A program made the position numbers and the translations under genes. Below are positions 63,945 through 64,000 of a stretch of DNA of 64,000 nt, one piece after another (the first letter of the stretch is position 1; each line of letters starts with the position of its first letter). Origin of the DNA: Tubulanus polymorphus (Eukaryota; Animalia; Nemertea); the NCBI RefSeq assembly GCF_964204645.1, contig NC_134036.1:4060600-4124599 (forward strand), read 5' to 3'. The notes below the pieces were generated by a model. It saw nothing but the letters and a program-made list of their open reading frames with translations, had not been told where the DNA came from and ran no database searches.

Positions 63945-64000
63945 GTAAGTGTTTTACAAGTATCAGTCCAAATCGTGATCTCATATAGGGTCATGTATTC

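Overview
Eukaryotic DNA from an invertebrate animal: intron-rich, GT-AG splicing, repeat-dense, little obvious CpG depletion. Most of the supplied ORF track is noise from introns and repeats, so the genes were rebuilt by hand from splice sites and frame continuity. The window holds: (1) the 5' end of a LysM-domain gene (LYSMD1/2-like, minus strand), head-to-head with (2) a complete 13-exon fasciclin-1-like gene (signal peptide, 4 FAS1 domains, GPI-type tail, 618 aa). (3) A second block of 5 FAS1 exons lies 8 kb downstream. It mirrors exons 9-13 in phase and content and has no recognisable 5' exons of its own, so it is probably an alternative 3' half. (4) A minus-strand secreted protein made of at least 8 PAN/Apple-like modules, each on its own phase 1-1 exon. 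(5) Three intronless, near-identical orphan peptide-receptor-like class A GPCRs with variable extracellular patches. (6) The first 7 coding exons of a histidine decarboxylase-like gene with unusual substitutions. The most striking non-coding signal is a family of minimal type I hammerhead ribozymes of the Penelope-like-element kind. One intact copy sits in a fasciclin intron. A 95-bp tandem array (25.8-26.4 kb) pairs, in every unit, a minus-strand hammerhead with an inverted, near-complementary plus-strand hammerhead motif, so a released monomer would be a 95-nt rod-shaped, viroid-like RNA. SINEs, MITEs and many minisatellites fill the rest. All calls are by eye; no database searches were run.
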